Source: Eledone cirrhosa (lineage: Eukaryota). From it: a stretch of DNA of 64,000 bases. The notes under the pieces were generated by a model. That model was not told the origin of the DNA. It did not search any database and saw only the letters and a list, made by a program, of their open reading frames with translations. The position numbers and the translations under genes were made by a program. Below are positions 15,536-29,305 of this stretch, one piece after another. The stretch is from contig OZ024743.1 in NCBI GenBank assembly GCA_964016885.1, forward strand, positions 7,812,001-7,876,000. Direction: 5' to 3'. Within the stretch, counting starts at the first letter, position 1, and every line of letters begins with the position of its first letter.

Positions 15536-15686
15536 TTGTATTCCGCCATGTAGAGCGAAATTTTCTTTTTTATTATGTATAGATAGATATGAGCTAATAA
15601 CCTCTCTTACACGTGTATACACACGTGTATACATACATAATACATATATACATACATACATACGTACATATATTCAAATAAATAAT

Positions 15687-15873
15687 TGTTTCTACTTTTT
15701 GGCACAAGGCCAGCAAATACCCAGTGCATTACTGGTACTTTATTTTATCGACCCCGTAAGGATGAAAGGCAAAGTTAACCTCGGCGGGAATTGAACTCAG
15801 ATCGTAAAGGGACGTAACTATGCTGGAAAGCATAATCCAACCCTCTACCGATACTGTCAATTCATCGCCGCCC
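15687..15873 (-). mobile_element. tRNA-derived SINE, dominant family, full length with 18-bp TSD
   Basis: tatattcaaataaataat at 15669-15686 and 15874-15891. Confidence 0.92.
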
Positions 15874-15913
15874 TATATTCAAATAAATAATGAAGTTGAA
15901 GACTATTCTAATT

Positions 15914-16077
15914 GGGTCGGGCGCCATGCTTTCCAGCATAGTTACGTCCCTTAACGATCTGAGTTCAAATCCCGCCGAGGTTGACTTTGCCTTTCATCCT
16001 TACGGGGTCGATAACATAAAGTACCAGTAATGCACTGAGTAATTGCTGGCCTTGTGCCTAAAGTAGAAACAATTATT
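15914..16077 (+). mobile_element. tRNA-derived SINE, dominant family
   Basis: Same sequence as 15345-15505. Confidence 0.9.
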
Positions 16078-16373
16078 TGACAATAATGAACTGGTTTGAT
16101 TGAATCACAAGATATTAGGTGAAATTACTTCTCAGGATGTTTCGACTTTTTACGTTCTGAGATATAATTCCACTGGTGCCAACTTTGTCAGCTCTCCTCC
16201 CGGGACCAAATAAGTACTAGGGATGGTTCAATCGCTTTCCCCCTCCTCTAAACAGCTGGTCTTGTACCTAAAACTCTCTGTGTGTGTATGTGTAAATTAG
16301 ATAGGGAGTGAGTGTGTGTATGTGTGTGTGCGCGCGCGTATGTGTATGTACATGTGCGCGCGCGCGCGCGCGT

Positions 16374-16416
<43 letters not shown>

Positions 16417-17132
16417 GAATCCACCATAGTTCAGGTTACCCGTACCTGATAAGTTCAATCAATGCCGAATTAGCTGTTGCAGAGCTAATGAATAAAAATG
16501 TGTTGCAATTTTGTTGTTGACCTAATTATAAGTATATAATTTGTTTATGTTACTACTATTTAATGTTAGATAAATAAAATTAAAGATCAGGTTATGTTTG
16601 ATATAGTTGCGGGGTGTGCCCTCGGGGCTGACCTGTTAGAAAGCTGAATTTTTCACCTATTATTTCACATTCAACACTTATGTCTTAATGTCTTGTCAGT
16701 TAGATAATAGAAAGATCGAGATTGTACCATTTCTGGGTTGAGCTTCGGGCATAAGGCGGCCTTAATCCGGGCCTGCCTTGAAATATGTACCAATAAGTGA
16801 AATTTAAAACAAGCGTTTGGAGAAAATTCTTATATTACAAATATCAATTATATATATCACTGAGAAAAACATCAAAACCAGAATTGGCTCAACGTGCATC
16901 ATACTTCGGTTACTGTAAATTAATGTTATGGTCTTTCTCCACGGTATCACTCCTTACACATAATTAAATAGATTGTATACGTATAGAATGTGATAACTTT
17001 GTAACAAATCAAACCTATGTTTATATGAGTGTTAGAAGAGTGAATAAGAAAGGATGTAACCTACCCATATATATATATCAAAGGGTGAAAGCAGCGATTC
17101 TTTGCTTAAATTTTAATCTGTTATTTTAATAA

Positions 17133-17163
<31 letters not shown>

Positions 17164-17220
17164 CGTTATTCCGGGTTGAATCGGAGGTAACCACAGTAAG
17201 TAAGGTACTCAATACATAGC

Positions 17221-17269
17221 GATTCCTGATGATTTCTAATGAATGAAACAGTTCTAGTCCTGTAGAATC
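17221..17269 (+). ncRNA. Type I hammerhead ribozyme, family A
   Basis: gattc-CTGATGA-tttc-taat-gaat-GAAAC-ag-ttctagtc-ct-GTA-gaatc: 5-bp stem I, canonical core, 4-bp stem III and GUA cleavage triplet. It is preceded by an inverted copy of the family tail (17165-17220) and lies within (TA)n. Confidence 0.75.
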
Positions 17270-17311
17270 TCATCTATATTAAAACTATATATATATATAT
17301 ATATATATATT

Positions 17312-17467
<156 letters not shown>

Positions 17468-19659
17468 AAAATAACAGATTCAAATTTAAGCAAAGAATCG
17501 CTGCTTTCACCCTTTGATATATATATTATCCTTATCGAGCCCTCTTCGGAATTTAGTCTTCACATTTATTATTATTACTATATATATTTGTATATATACG
17601 CGTGTGTGTATATGTGTATGAGCGTGTGTGTTTATGTGTGTGTGAAATTGAGTGTGTATAATGTGCATATATCGATATGTGAGGGCATATAGATGTTAAT
17701 ATGACAAATGTTAATATGTCTGATAAACAACTGTTAGTTAATATGAGTAGTTAATATTTCTTCAGGTCATCGTGTCGACGAGGATCTTTGCATGAATAGA
17801 TATAGGACAGTGATTTATGTTCAATTAATTAAGCGCCTATCGTTTACCAATCTAATTTCTAAACGTGCTCAGCTCTACTTTGTAAATGAAAAGTTAATTT
17901 TCTTTGAGTCTATTAAGCACCATATGAATATTTATGGTTAAATAATTTCATTTATTTATAAAGTCAGTGTTGTTTCAAGAGACATCATAGGTGAGTTTCA
18001 GAGTAGAAAATATAAAGATGTAGGGGTGCCTGACTTTTGCAACATGTGTAAACGCCTGTGTAACTTAGTATATTCAAAGTTGTAAGTATTTTTCATAGAT
18101 AGATCTATATATAGGTTCTAAAAAAGAGCAAGTTGCTAGTGACATTCACTTTGTAAATGAAAGTTTATACACAGATACAATCTAGCTTATTATTTTGTTT
18201 CTGGAATTTATTTAGATTGTAACAGTTTTCTTCGATTCTATAAACAACAAATGTCATCCATGTATTTGCCACAGAAGACATTTAAGTTTAATACTTCTTA
18301 TAGCAAAATCAACACCTCACATATGCATTGCTGCTAACTGAAGGCGGACTGGTCACACGGATATTTGGGTAATGTCCGGTGGGCCACCAGACTTAATATA
18401 AAAAAAGCTGAAGAAAGTTCACGAAAATGGAATGTACTTTAGCTGGGAAAACATGACTCCAGCCCTCAGCATTCATTCGGTTTTAAGACTCAGTCCACTT
18501 CCGTTTTAACTTTAAATTACATATCTCCAACACATTCTTTTCCTACTATAATATTCCACATTGCTACTGTTGTGGTATTCTACATTCAGTGTATATTGAA
18601 TTTCATTATCAAGAGAAAATCTACCATAACAATTCCAGTTAACAACTCTACAAGCAACATATTAGTTTATTTATTTAGTGGTCTCAGTAATTGGATTGGA
18701 GCGATGCTGGGGAACTACCATGAACCAGTCAGCCAATTCTATCGACACAAGAACTTATGTTTAAGTTTGGTACTTATTTTATCGATCTCTACTCGCCGAA
18801 CTACTAACTTTCTTAACGGGTTGTTAAGCGGTATCAATGTACACAAAAATGAACACACACGCATGACCACACCAACACAGCTAACAAGGGTTTCTTTACA
18901 GTTTTCATCTGCAAAATTCACTCACTAGACATTGGTCGGTCCGAGGCTGTAGTAGAAAATACTTACCCAAGGTACCGCTCATTAGGACTGAACCCGAAAC
19001 CACTTAGTCTCAAGGTAATGTTAAGACTTGCGCGACTATTTATACTCTGAGAACCAAATATATGATACACAATTGATTATAGCCTTCACTGCTAAACTGC
19101 ATGGCCATTTAGAAGTTATTCACAAGAGCTATAACAAATAATATTTATAGATATTTAGAATAACTGGGTGTTACCATCAGCCATCATTACCATCAGCCTA
19201 GAATGCTCAAAAGGAAATAAGACAAATCATTAATGGTTTGATTAATAAACACGGAAGGTAACCTAAACACATCTTCGGAAGTCATGGACCTATAACAAAA
19301 TGACTTATAGTACGAATGATAAGGAATTAGAAAATACAGGAACATGCGTTACTAGAAAACAAATGCAACCCGTCTTTGTGTTACTCATAGGAAACATTAG
19401 AAAAAATATTCCGGGGTGGCAGTTCCTCCATTATGGTTCTTGTGAAATGTAATTATTCTAATATTATTTATACTAATAATGTAAATAAATGGATATGGAA
19501 TGAAAGATAGACAGTATGAAATCAACTATAGTATTATTTTATATGACTAGCGGCTAATGGTAACAATAAAAGACCAAAAACCTTCTCCAAGATACACGAA
19601 GTAAAGTAAACAATAGCATAGTAAAAGTGGTGTCTATTGAATTTAAGTATCCAGTATAA

Positions 19660-19797
19660 GTTGAGGAAGAGGTGGGGGTAAATATTATGGGATCTTCAGA
19701 GTTTCAGAAACTCAGAAGATCCCATAATAAGAGGAAAGCAGAAATTCTTTGCTTAAACTTTAATCTGTACTAATAATAAATATTTGCCCTACGGGTT

Positions 19798-19800
<3 letters not shown>
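19660..19800 (+). mobile_element. Family F-related element with short fold-back (19683-19729)
   Basis: tattatgggatcttcagagtttc-a-gaaactcagaagatcccataata, then ttctttgcttaaactttaatctgt shared with 17095-17125 and 24835-24865. Confidence 0.6.
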
Positions 19801-19866
<66 letters not shown>

Positions 19867-19924
19867 GTCTAATGGTAGCTAAGATGCTTCCATTGAAAGA
19901 GAATATGATCCGAAATCAATAGAA

Positions 19925-20012
19925 GTGTCTGAGGAACCTGCGAGACTAGAGTCAGGTAGATCCAGACATAGTTCGCACATCGAGCTGTTCGCCGGAGAAA
20001 CAATTGTAACAC
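19925..20012 (+). ncRNA. Type I hammerhead ribozyme with extended (61-nt) stem II region
   Basis: gtgt-CTGAGGA-acctgcga...tcgccgga-GAAAC-aatt-GTA-acac, immediately followed by AATAAA (20013-20018); lies between (TA)n and (TC)n tracts. Confidence 0.7.
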
Positions 20013-20046
20013 AATAAATTGAGTTCCGATGCATCGTCCCCCCCTC

Positions 20047-20088
<42 letters not shown>

Positions 20089-20104
20089 TCTCTCTCTCTC
20101 TATC

Positions 20105-20167
<63 letters not shown>

Positions 20168-20460
20168 CCAAAATTAAGATAAATCCAAATGAATTTAATC
20201 TAAATCAAAATTATGCTTGTCATGCCTTGTTGAAAATCCAAGTACTGGCATCCGCCGTTTACCATTCGATTAATTGGTGAAATATATTTCTTTAATGGAA
20301 TATATACAGGGAGGATTAATCATATTATAAGGTATCTAATTTTGAAGTTCTAGTTAACTTTATTTAGTTACCTACCTAGATATGTGTGCTTACACACTTG
20401 TAAAAATTATCTCCTGTGATTATTCATATGTTTATTTATATGTTAATCAATTTCTAGTTG

Positions 20461-20553
<93 letters not shown>

Positions 20554-20619
20554 CCTTATCAAGCCCTCTTCGGATTTTGGTCTTCTTAATTATTATTGCT
20601 ATATATATATATATATATA

Positions 20620-20802
20620 AGGATTTACACAAGTCCAGCCTCCTGTCATTTTATTATAATATTTAACTCCGTACTAGCACCACCAACTACAAAAACGAAG
20701 ACGGTTGAACTGCTTTACGTTGAGTACTCTCCATATTATTACATTAAGATTGACCATACGGAATTGACCAGCTCTATCCAGTGGTGAACCTCAAACCTGA
20801 AT
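20620..20802 (+). mobile_element. (TA)n-embedded family H 3' tail
   Basis: Diverged reverse complement of 56295-56455; (TA)n on both sides. Confidence 0.7.
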
Positions 20803-21570
20803 ATATATATATATATATAATCAGGCACAGACCACACGTGCGCATAAAGGCACTCATGCATAGAAATATATATCCACATACACACACATAAGTAGTATAG
20901 GCACATGCATTTATGAATAATGCTCACTTTTCACTGATCAAAATGGCATTACGAATCCTCGTACGAAGCACGTCATTCTGCAACGCATCGTTAGTCGCCT
21001 ACTTAAATTCATGTAAGTTTCACCAATATAAGATATATTATGGTGCTGACAAATGCAATGCGGACAAACTGTAAGTAATACTGCGCTTATCATTCCGATG
21101 ATATTTGTGGTGTTACTTGTTGTTGATGTTAGTATTCTTTGTGCTGCTTTTCAAGATTGGGTTTCTTAATAAATTGTTTTTGTAGTGTATCATTAACATA
21201 TCACTTGTTTCTTGCATATGGTGTTCTGTTTGGTTACTTTATCAAATGCCGTTTCATCAAGCTTGTAATGGATAGTCATTTAGTTTTCATAGTAGAATTT
21301 AAAAATATTGCCTACATTTGTTTCTGTCCACTATCAGTGTTCATTTTGTTTATGTTTTAAATTCGGGAAAGCTGACATGAAGGGATATATGTCTTTCACA
21401 TATATAGTACTATTGACTCCACTCAACACAGTCTTTCTATATTAAGTAATTGTTTTGTTTAACTTTTATCAGCAATGAATAGTAAAGCCTCAGATTCCAT
21501 TAGAAACATGTTCTTAATATAAACTATATAAAAAAAAATCTACACAATATATAAAATACAGACGAAAGTA

Positions 21571-21641
<71 letters not shown>

Positions 21642-21797
21642 TTATATATATATATATACATCATACACACACACATATATATATATATATGTTTACTTTC
21701 GTCTGATTTCATATATTGTGTGTATATATATATATATATATATATACATATATCTATATGTATATATATATCTATATGTATATATATATCTATATAC

Positions 21798-21876
<79 letters not shown>

Positions 21877-22039
21877 CATATATGTGTGTGTGTGTGTGGT
21901 TACCACAATCAAACACATTTCAGAATAATATTATAAGAAACTGTAGTTTAATAATGAAAATAGTTTTAAACATAGGTGTAAATCCACAAATCCTGGGATA
22001 GGAAATACCTCCCCTAGACGTGGATCACCTTCCACACAT

Positions 22040-23090
22040 GGAAACTGATATTCTTGAAAGTTCTTTTGAGCATTCTCAGTGTTGTATGTGTTGGATATGG
22101 CTAGAGACCTGGCGCTTCCTTATGGTAGTTATACTTTAACTAAACATAGACTGACAGGATGGATTTCACCAACAATATTTAATTCCAGAGTTTCACACAG
22201 TCGGATAAATTCCACTTCAAATAACACTCTTCTTCCTTTTTGTTTCTTCAGCTTCTTCTGTAGGTCGAACAGTTCTTCGTTGCTATTCGCTGAAAAGTGA
22301 ATTTTACTCAGTCTCAGAGAAAGAGGATTCATTCTCCTTGTTTTGCTTTCGGTTTAGGCACACAGTTTCTTTGCTTTTCTTTTTTCCATTTTCCTCTATT
22401 GTATCGAAGAAGTTTGTCAATTCTATCCACCCTTTGTTTTCTGGAGCTCTAGAAACATCAGCTCCCTAGAGCTTATATTGTCGATGGAACCTCTGCTTTT
22501 GTCTGCTGCTATGTTTCTCCCATTCGATTTTCTTAGTTTCTCTGAGCAAACATTCTTCAAGTAACGCTTACTGCCACACCTGTAGCACCTATGCCTTCTG
22601 CCCTGCTTCACCATTGTAATTAATGTTTTGTCTGCACCAACTCTTAGATAACTTTGGTCGTCGGTGCTCATCTGCAACTTGTATTACCTCTGCGCTCAGC
22701 AAATGCCCGTATTTTACCGCAGAGGTGATAATAAGCCAAGGATCAACGTCTGTACCAGTCTCTTTGACTGTGATCTTCGTATCCCACTACCCTATTTATT
22801 GCAGCACCACCCTGTGAGCAGGTGTGGCGCACCTACTTCGTCTATCTTCTAATCTCTCCCTTGATTTTAATGACGAGGTATACGTCCCATCAGGGTCGAT
22901 TCAGCACGCATTCTGCCATAAATTGGCCAGGATTTTCTATAGCTTCTCTTTCGTGGGCATAGGAAGCTCTCTTTATTTTGGGCGGGACAGAATTACGTTA
23001 CTTTCTTCCTCGTCCATTATTCGGGTAAGAATGCATTATCTTTCATAACAAACCTCTCCCATTTTCTTTTATCGAGAATCGACCAACACG
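22040..23090 (-). pseudogene. Decayed LTR-retrotransposon gag(-protease)-like remnant
   Basis: Higher GC than the surroundings; broken frames give RLVQTLILGLLSPLR and a degenerate zinc knuckle CYRCGSKRYLKNVC (His lost); many stops. Confidence 0.35.
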
Positions 23091-23185
23091 GAGCACTCCC
23101 GCTTACATTACTGTTATTGCTCTTAAAGTTATTTGTTTGTTTGTTTGTCTGTCTTCATTTTTATCATTGTCTTTCTTTCTTCAAT

Positions 23186-23379
23186 AATAATAATTGTTTC
23201 TACTTTTAGGCATAAAGCCAGAAATTTAGGGGGAGGGGAAAGTCGATTAAATCGATCCCAGTGCATTATTGGTGCTTTATTTTATCGACCCCGTAAGGAT
23301 GAAAAGCAGAGCCAACGCCGGCGGGATTTGAACTCAGAACGTAAGGGTCCATCACTCTATGCAGCCAAGCAGAGTGCTC

Positions 23380-23380
<1 letters not shown>
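23186..23380 (-). mobile_element. tRNA-derived SINE, dominant family, long-tail variant, next to (GAA)n
   Basis: Reverse-complement core ttttatcgaccccgtaaggatgaaa...ggatttgaactcag. Confidence 0.8.
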
Positions 23381-23410
<30 letters not shown>

Positions 23411-23959
23411 AAGAAGAAGAAGAAGAAGAAGAAGAAGAAATGACAGATCTAACTACAAAAAACCTCCCAAAACGCAGCAACTACGTCAGTAATTAAGTAC
23501 AGTTTCAATTTAATAAATTGGAAATTAAATGTACTAAGAAACCTAGACTAGAAAACAGAACATTTTAACATGATGTTTAGAGGAAAAAAACTAATTTAAA
23601 TTCATTTAAAAATAATATACTTATTAAGATCTGAATGGGTTTGGTGGCTTGTTCAAATAGAGAATTAACAAAATAACTAATGTAGAGTGTAAGAAGGCAC
23701 CTCATAGAAAATAAGGTCATATTCTACAAATTAGCTAGCACACACACAAAAAAGACACTATTTTCATAGATAAGAAATATAGTAGTTATCATTATAGAGG
23801 ATGTAATAGAGTGGTAGCTGAATATTAATAGCGGACCAGCTGAAAAGGCAAAGAAAATAAAGATATCATAGAGAGTACTTCTACACAATACATTATTTAT
23901 GAAGACCGGGCAAGGTCTTTTGTAAAAAGTAGCAAAAAAAAAAAATGTAAATGGCGTAG

Positions 23960-24155
23960 TAATAATTGTTTCTACTTTTGGCACAAGGCCAGCAATTACC
24001 CAGTACATTACTAGTACTTTATTTTATCGACCCCGTAAAGATGAAAGGCAAAGTTAACCCCGGCGGGATTTGAACTCAGAATGACAAGAGCCGTAACTCT
24101 ATGCGTCAAAGCATGACGTCCGACCCTCTACCGATTCTGCCAATCCACTGGCGCA
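23960..24155 (-). mobile_element. tRNA-derived SINE, dominant family
   Basis: Full core; agtaataat duplicated at both ends. Confidence 0.85.
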
Positions 24156-24473
24156 GTAATAATGGTCTTAATGCGGAAACCTAATATAATAATAGATTTT
24201 CAAGATCGAAGTTTATACCCCACTCTAAAAAGATCTAAATATAATTAAAAATAGAAACATTCTCCATAATAAGTACCCCGAGAATGATAAAAAAGTCACA
24301 GAAAAATACATAATCAAAGTCCCAATACTTTACACACACACATGCATACATACATACATCCATACATACACAAGTACATACATACATATATACATATATA
24401 AATAAATATATGTATACGCGTGTGTATTTATATACATAATATATATATGATATATATATTTATATTTATACAT

Positions 24474-24505
<32 letters not shown>

Positions 24506-24572
24506 CATACATACACACATATATATATATATATACATACATACATACATACATACATACATACATACATAG

Positions 24573-24644
<72 letters not shown>

Positions 24645-24758
24645 CAGATTAAAGTTTTAATTAAAGATTAAATATTTGCTCTAGGGTTCTTATATATTTG
24701 ATATATATTTATCCTTATCGAGCCCTCTTTGGATTTTAATCTTCAAATTTATTATTAT

Positions 24759-24828
<70 letters not shown>

Positions 24829-25038
24829 TTATTAAAATAACAGATTAAAGTTTAAGCAAAGAATAGCTGCTTTCACCCTTAACGGGATCTTCTGAGTTTC
24901 AGAACCTCCACCAACACCTCCACTTTAATCTATTATTTTAATAAATATTTGCTCTAGGGTTCTTATATCTTATCTTTGATATATATATTTATCCTTATCG
25001 AGCCCTCTTTGGATTTTAGTCGTCACATTTATTATTAT

Positions 25039-25104
<66 letters not shown>

Positions 25105-25194
25105 GGTTACAGTATCGAGAATTATATCGAGAATTATGTCAGAATTATCCAGCAGGATTAAATATAAAAACCACAGACCCTCCATCTCAACTCA

Positions 25195-25232
25195 CCTTTT
25201 GAAAAGCAGAAGAACTGCGAAACCGGTAAAGG
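25195..25232 (+). ncRNA. Minimal type I hammerhead, U3-A8 core variant (family C)
   Basis: cctt-TTGAAAA-gcag-aagaa-ctgc-GAAA-ccggt-A-aagg: 4-bp stems I and II, palindromic ACCGGT stem III, GUA triplet. Confidence 0.65.
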
Positions 25233-25295
25233 AACCAAATAAATATATATATTTAAAAAAAAAATAAGACTTCAGTTGCATTTTCGATTTCATCT

Positions 25296-25406
<111 letters not shown>

Positions 25407-26289
25407 CACTCATACATATACAAATTACAGTAAATACTAATAGCTGAACGCATAATACGTAGAGTACTTTCATAAAGGAGAATACATTCATGATCAGGTC
25501 ATATTCTAGCTGCTCCGTGTGTATTGTGGATCTTCCTCGATTCGGACGACGAATGTTGCATTTGTTTGGTCGTGAAATTAACGTGCAGGGAAGCTGAGCC
25601 GTTTACAGACACGTTTACTACATGTGGGAACTGGAACTATGTAAAATAAAACGTTTCTGGCTTAAGGACACAACACACCACCACGAATCGAACTAACGGC
25701 TTCACGACCGTGAAGCCGAACTCCATGATCACTACGACACGCGCTTCACACTTACTGCGAGAATTATGTCACCTAGCATACATTATGTCTTATTCAGTGA
25801 CTAAACTGAACCCCTTCCATTTTACTGCGTGAAAAGAATGTGGGTGCCCAGCAGGATTAAATATAAAACTTGTCAAAGGGCGGAATATCTTCTCACACAA
25901 AAAGCTAACGTCTAGCCATGCCTAGAAAGGTGATAGGCCCTCTATAATTGATCTGCTTACTAAAACATGCATTGCCAGGCTTTTATTACAATACAAAAAA
26001 GCACACAATTAGAATAAGACTATTGATAGAGAAAATGTATATAATATCCTTAATTAACGTATATTTAATATCGTTGTGAAAATATAACCTCTGAATAAAC
26101 CACTAGAGCTTCGGAAGCTGAAAGTGAGACCCGTCCGACTAGATTCGCTTTTCTTAAGGCACTGTTCACTTTGAAAAATTATGTAAATTTCTTTTCGCAA
26201 ATAATTGTTTATTTACCACAAATTCAAGGAAACTTGGGCCTTTTAAAACTAGAAACGGTTTATAGAATATTTATTCCCTGTTGAACTAA

Positions 26290-26711
26290 AAATATACATA
26301 GCAGAATATACGATGGTTGCGAGGAAGTACATAGACTGTCTTCAGCTACACAGGCATAAAATAGTGGGAAATTTCATATACCAGAAATGAAGTCCACATT
26401 ATATAATATCGACAGAAAAGCGGTTATACAAAAATACCCTAGAAAGATATCAGCGAATGAAATGGCGTCTATACTCTCTGATATACAAATCCAAAACAGA
26501 CAAAAAAATCAAGGCCAATCGACTGAATATTTTTGTCAAGGACAAGCAGGAAAGAGAGTGTCTATTGGTCGAAGTATCAGACCAAATAGACGATCTTTAT
26601 ATAAAGATAGCAAGATTGTCAGAATTAAAAACAAAAACAATTCCGATTATAATAAGTTCAGTGGTTATGATATAGAAATATGTACACAAATACATAAACA
26701 AAACAGCAGCA

Positions 26712-26791
<80 letters not shown>

Positions 26792-26964
26792 CAGACATAT
26801 ATATATATATATAACGAAGGAAATGTGGTAAGGATCCAGATGGACCATAACGCACCAAAGTACTCAATACTTAGGGTAGTAGAGTGGGTAATATGAACGA
26901 GTAGGACCCCGACGGCTGAGCTCAAGCCGTCGGGGTCCTACTCGTTCATATATCTATATATATC

Positions 26965-26998
<34 letters not shown>

Positions 26999-27080
26999 CA
27001 GCAAAAAAAACTAACATAGAGAAAATAGCACTACTAGGGACTGAATAGATATTACGAAGAGTTATACAATACAGTGGATA
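26290..27080 (+). pseudogene. Decayed RLE-type (R4/Dong-like) LINE 3' end, interrupted by microsatellites and a family B insertion
   Basis: Frames give RHKIVGNFIY, TDKKIKANRLNIFVKDKQERECLLVEVS (degenerate PD-(D/E)xK region) and, after the interruption, IEKIALLGTE*ILRRVI. Confidence 0.7.
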
Positions 27081-27637
27081 ACAAAACCGAAAGAAAACAG
27101 CGTTTGGTTGAGAACAGTGAACACACGCAACAAAGATACTACTATTGAAAGATAATAATAAGGAAGAGAAGTAATATGTGTAGATGAGGAAATGAAATAA
27201 GGCTATAGAAGTCACTATTGGTAATTTATCTAGTGGAAATATTATTAAACTTACTATCTTCCTAATTAAAGTAACTAACTGTAGTAGCAAAAGAATGCAT
27301 TGCAAGTGTGGCCAGTCTAGTCATCATTGAATTAGTCATACATTTCAGTGAGTTCAACACTGGAATTCTAGGAGACCGAAAATTACGTCAATGATAGATT
27401 TAATGTGTATCTTCAATAAAAATGTCAATAAAATGAGTGGAATTTTATAACAAATAAACCAATGAATATACAATATGAAGCTCTAAACCGCAGGGAGAAA
27501 TTCGTGTTATCATACAGTGGTTATTGAAATGCTTATGTATGTATGTATGTATGTATGTATGTATGTATGTATGTATGTATGTATGTATGTATGTATGTAT
27601 GTATCCATGTATGTATGTATGTATGTATGTATGTATG

Positions 27638-29304
27638 TTATCTCTTTCTCTTAATTTCGAGTATATTTTTTTGACCGGCCACCTTCCTGGTGGCAAGGTT
27701 GTAAAAGAAAAGAAATTGTCATCCCTTGAATCGCAAGAATGTTTTGCAAATGTTGAAGGTGCCAGCTATCGCAGCCATTTGTAGACTATGAATTAGGCAG
27801 CTGCGCTCTTTGTCCGCAAATCCAAGTTCAGTCATACTTTGGTCCAAGCGGGTTGGTATATAACCCATAGCACCAATAATGATGGGTATGAAGCTAACGG
27901 TGTATCTTGGATACTGGATTTGTAAACTCCTCATCAATGGTCCGTAGATGTCCTCCTTCTCCTGTATTTTTCTGACGAAGTTTACATCAAGTGGGCAGTT
28001 GATCTCCACAACAGAACACGTTTTCAATGTGTGGTCCCAAACTACAATATCAGGCCGGCTGTGCTTTAATTTGGTGGTAGTTTTTATTTTCAGGTTCCAC
28101 CAGTATTCCTTAGTGCCATCTGTCTCAATATATTCTTCCTCGTTTGTTGTTAATTTTGTTTTCCGAAAAGCGTTCCAGATGGTTCTAGCTATCCCATCGT
28201 GTCTCATGGGGAGGTAGTAGCGAGATGACATTCTTTCGCAGCTGGCAACAATGTGGCTTACATCCTCGATCTTTGTTTTACATAGCCTACATTTATTGTC
28301 AGCTGATGGCCCTCCCCTTTTGTGCAGCAGATATTTGGTAGGGAGTTCTTGTTCCTGTATTGCATAGAGATATCCCTCAAGGTGTGATGTCATAAACTAA
28401 TCGGAACTCCATGCCAGGCTTTTTGAGTGGTTTATCCCCCCTATGGTCTGGGTTTTACGTCTCATGTATCCATGCACAACTTTTTCTGTAAATTGGTCAA
28501 TTTTTTCATCTTGTTTGAACATTGAATAGGATCTTCCGATTTCTCTGGGTGAGAGATTTATATCAGGCTTTATTCCATATCTCTCCTCCAGATCAGTGGC
28601 TATTCTAATGATATATTTTTCCTCGTGCTCATAAACCTGGGCAAGATGGTTGCCAACCTTTTTCCTCTGTTGAAGATGTTGCTTCAGTGTTACTATCCGG
28701 GTCTCATATGATGTTAATATGGATTTTAGACCCCGGCCACCTTCCTTGCGTGAGAAGTATAGCCTATCCACATCACCATTGATGTTAAAGTTCCCAGTAA
28801 AACTGAGAAGTTTGCGAGTTCTAACATCCATCTCACTTAGTTCTTGCAATGACCAGTTCAGCAGGCCAAATGTTGGCGTTAGAATTGGCACAGCATAAGT
28901 ATTGTGGGCAATGTATTTGTTGTACGCTGACAGTTCTGATGACCATATTTTCTTTACTCTTCTGAGGTATTCAGTTCTGGTTCTCTCCTTATTTATGGGT
29001 CCATCATATCTGACATTCTCATCCTGTCCAAGATATCTGTAGTTGTCACCTGACTGCAGAGGTTGTATTGTCAGGCCGTCCATCTCTAGATTTCTAGAGG
29101 AGGGCACAGCTCTTCCACGTTTTACTGCCAAATATGCACACTTGGACTCACCAAATTTCATTATGATGCCTGTTGAAAATTGTGTAATGAGGTCCAATTG
29201 TTTCTTGATGTCATTGATATTTGGCCCATACAACTTCAGGTCATCAACAAAGAAAAGATGGGAGATACTTCTGGACCCACTTCTTTGTCCACCTTGTTTC
29301 CTGA
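27638..29304 (-). mobile_element. 5'-truncated RLE non-LTR retrotransposon (R4/Dong-like), flanked by (CATA)n on both sides
   Basis: One frame with a single in-frame TAG (28397-28399). It encodes RT motif HLFFVDDLKLY, Y-R-Y-L-G, RKEGGRGL, CCHC knuckle CRLC...HIVASC, RHD and endonuclease RPDIVVWD...VVEINCP. The 80-nt 3' UTR has hairpin gccacc-aggaa-ggtggc. Confidence 0.92.
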
Positions 29305-29305
29305 G

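Noticed and set aside
28397-28399. In-frame stop in the RLE LINE as programmed readthrough or selenocysteine
   Set aside because: It is TAG, not TGA, and the second subfamily has no stop there; simple mutation is more likely.
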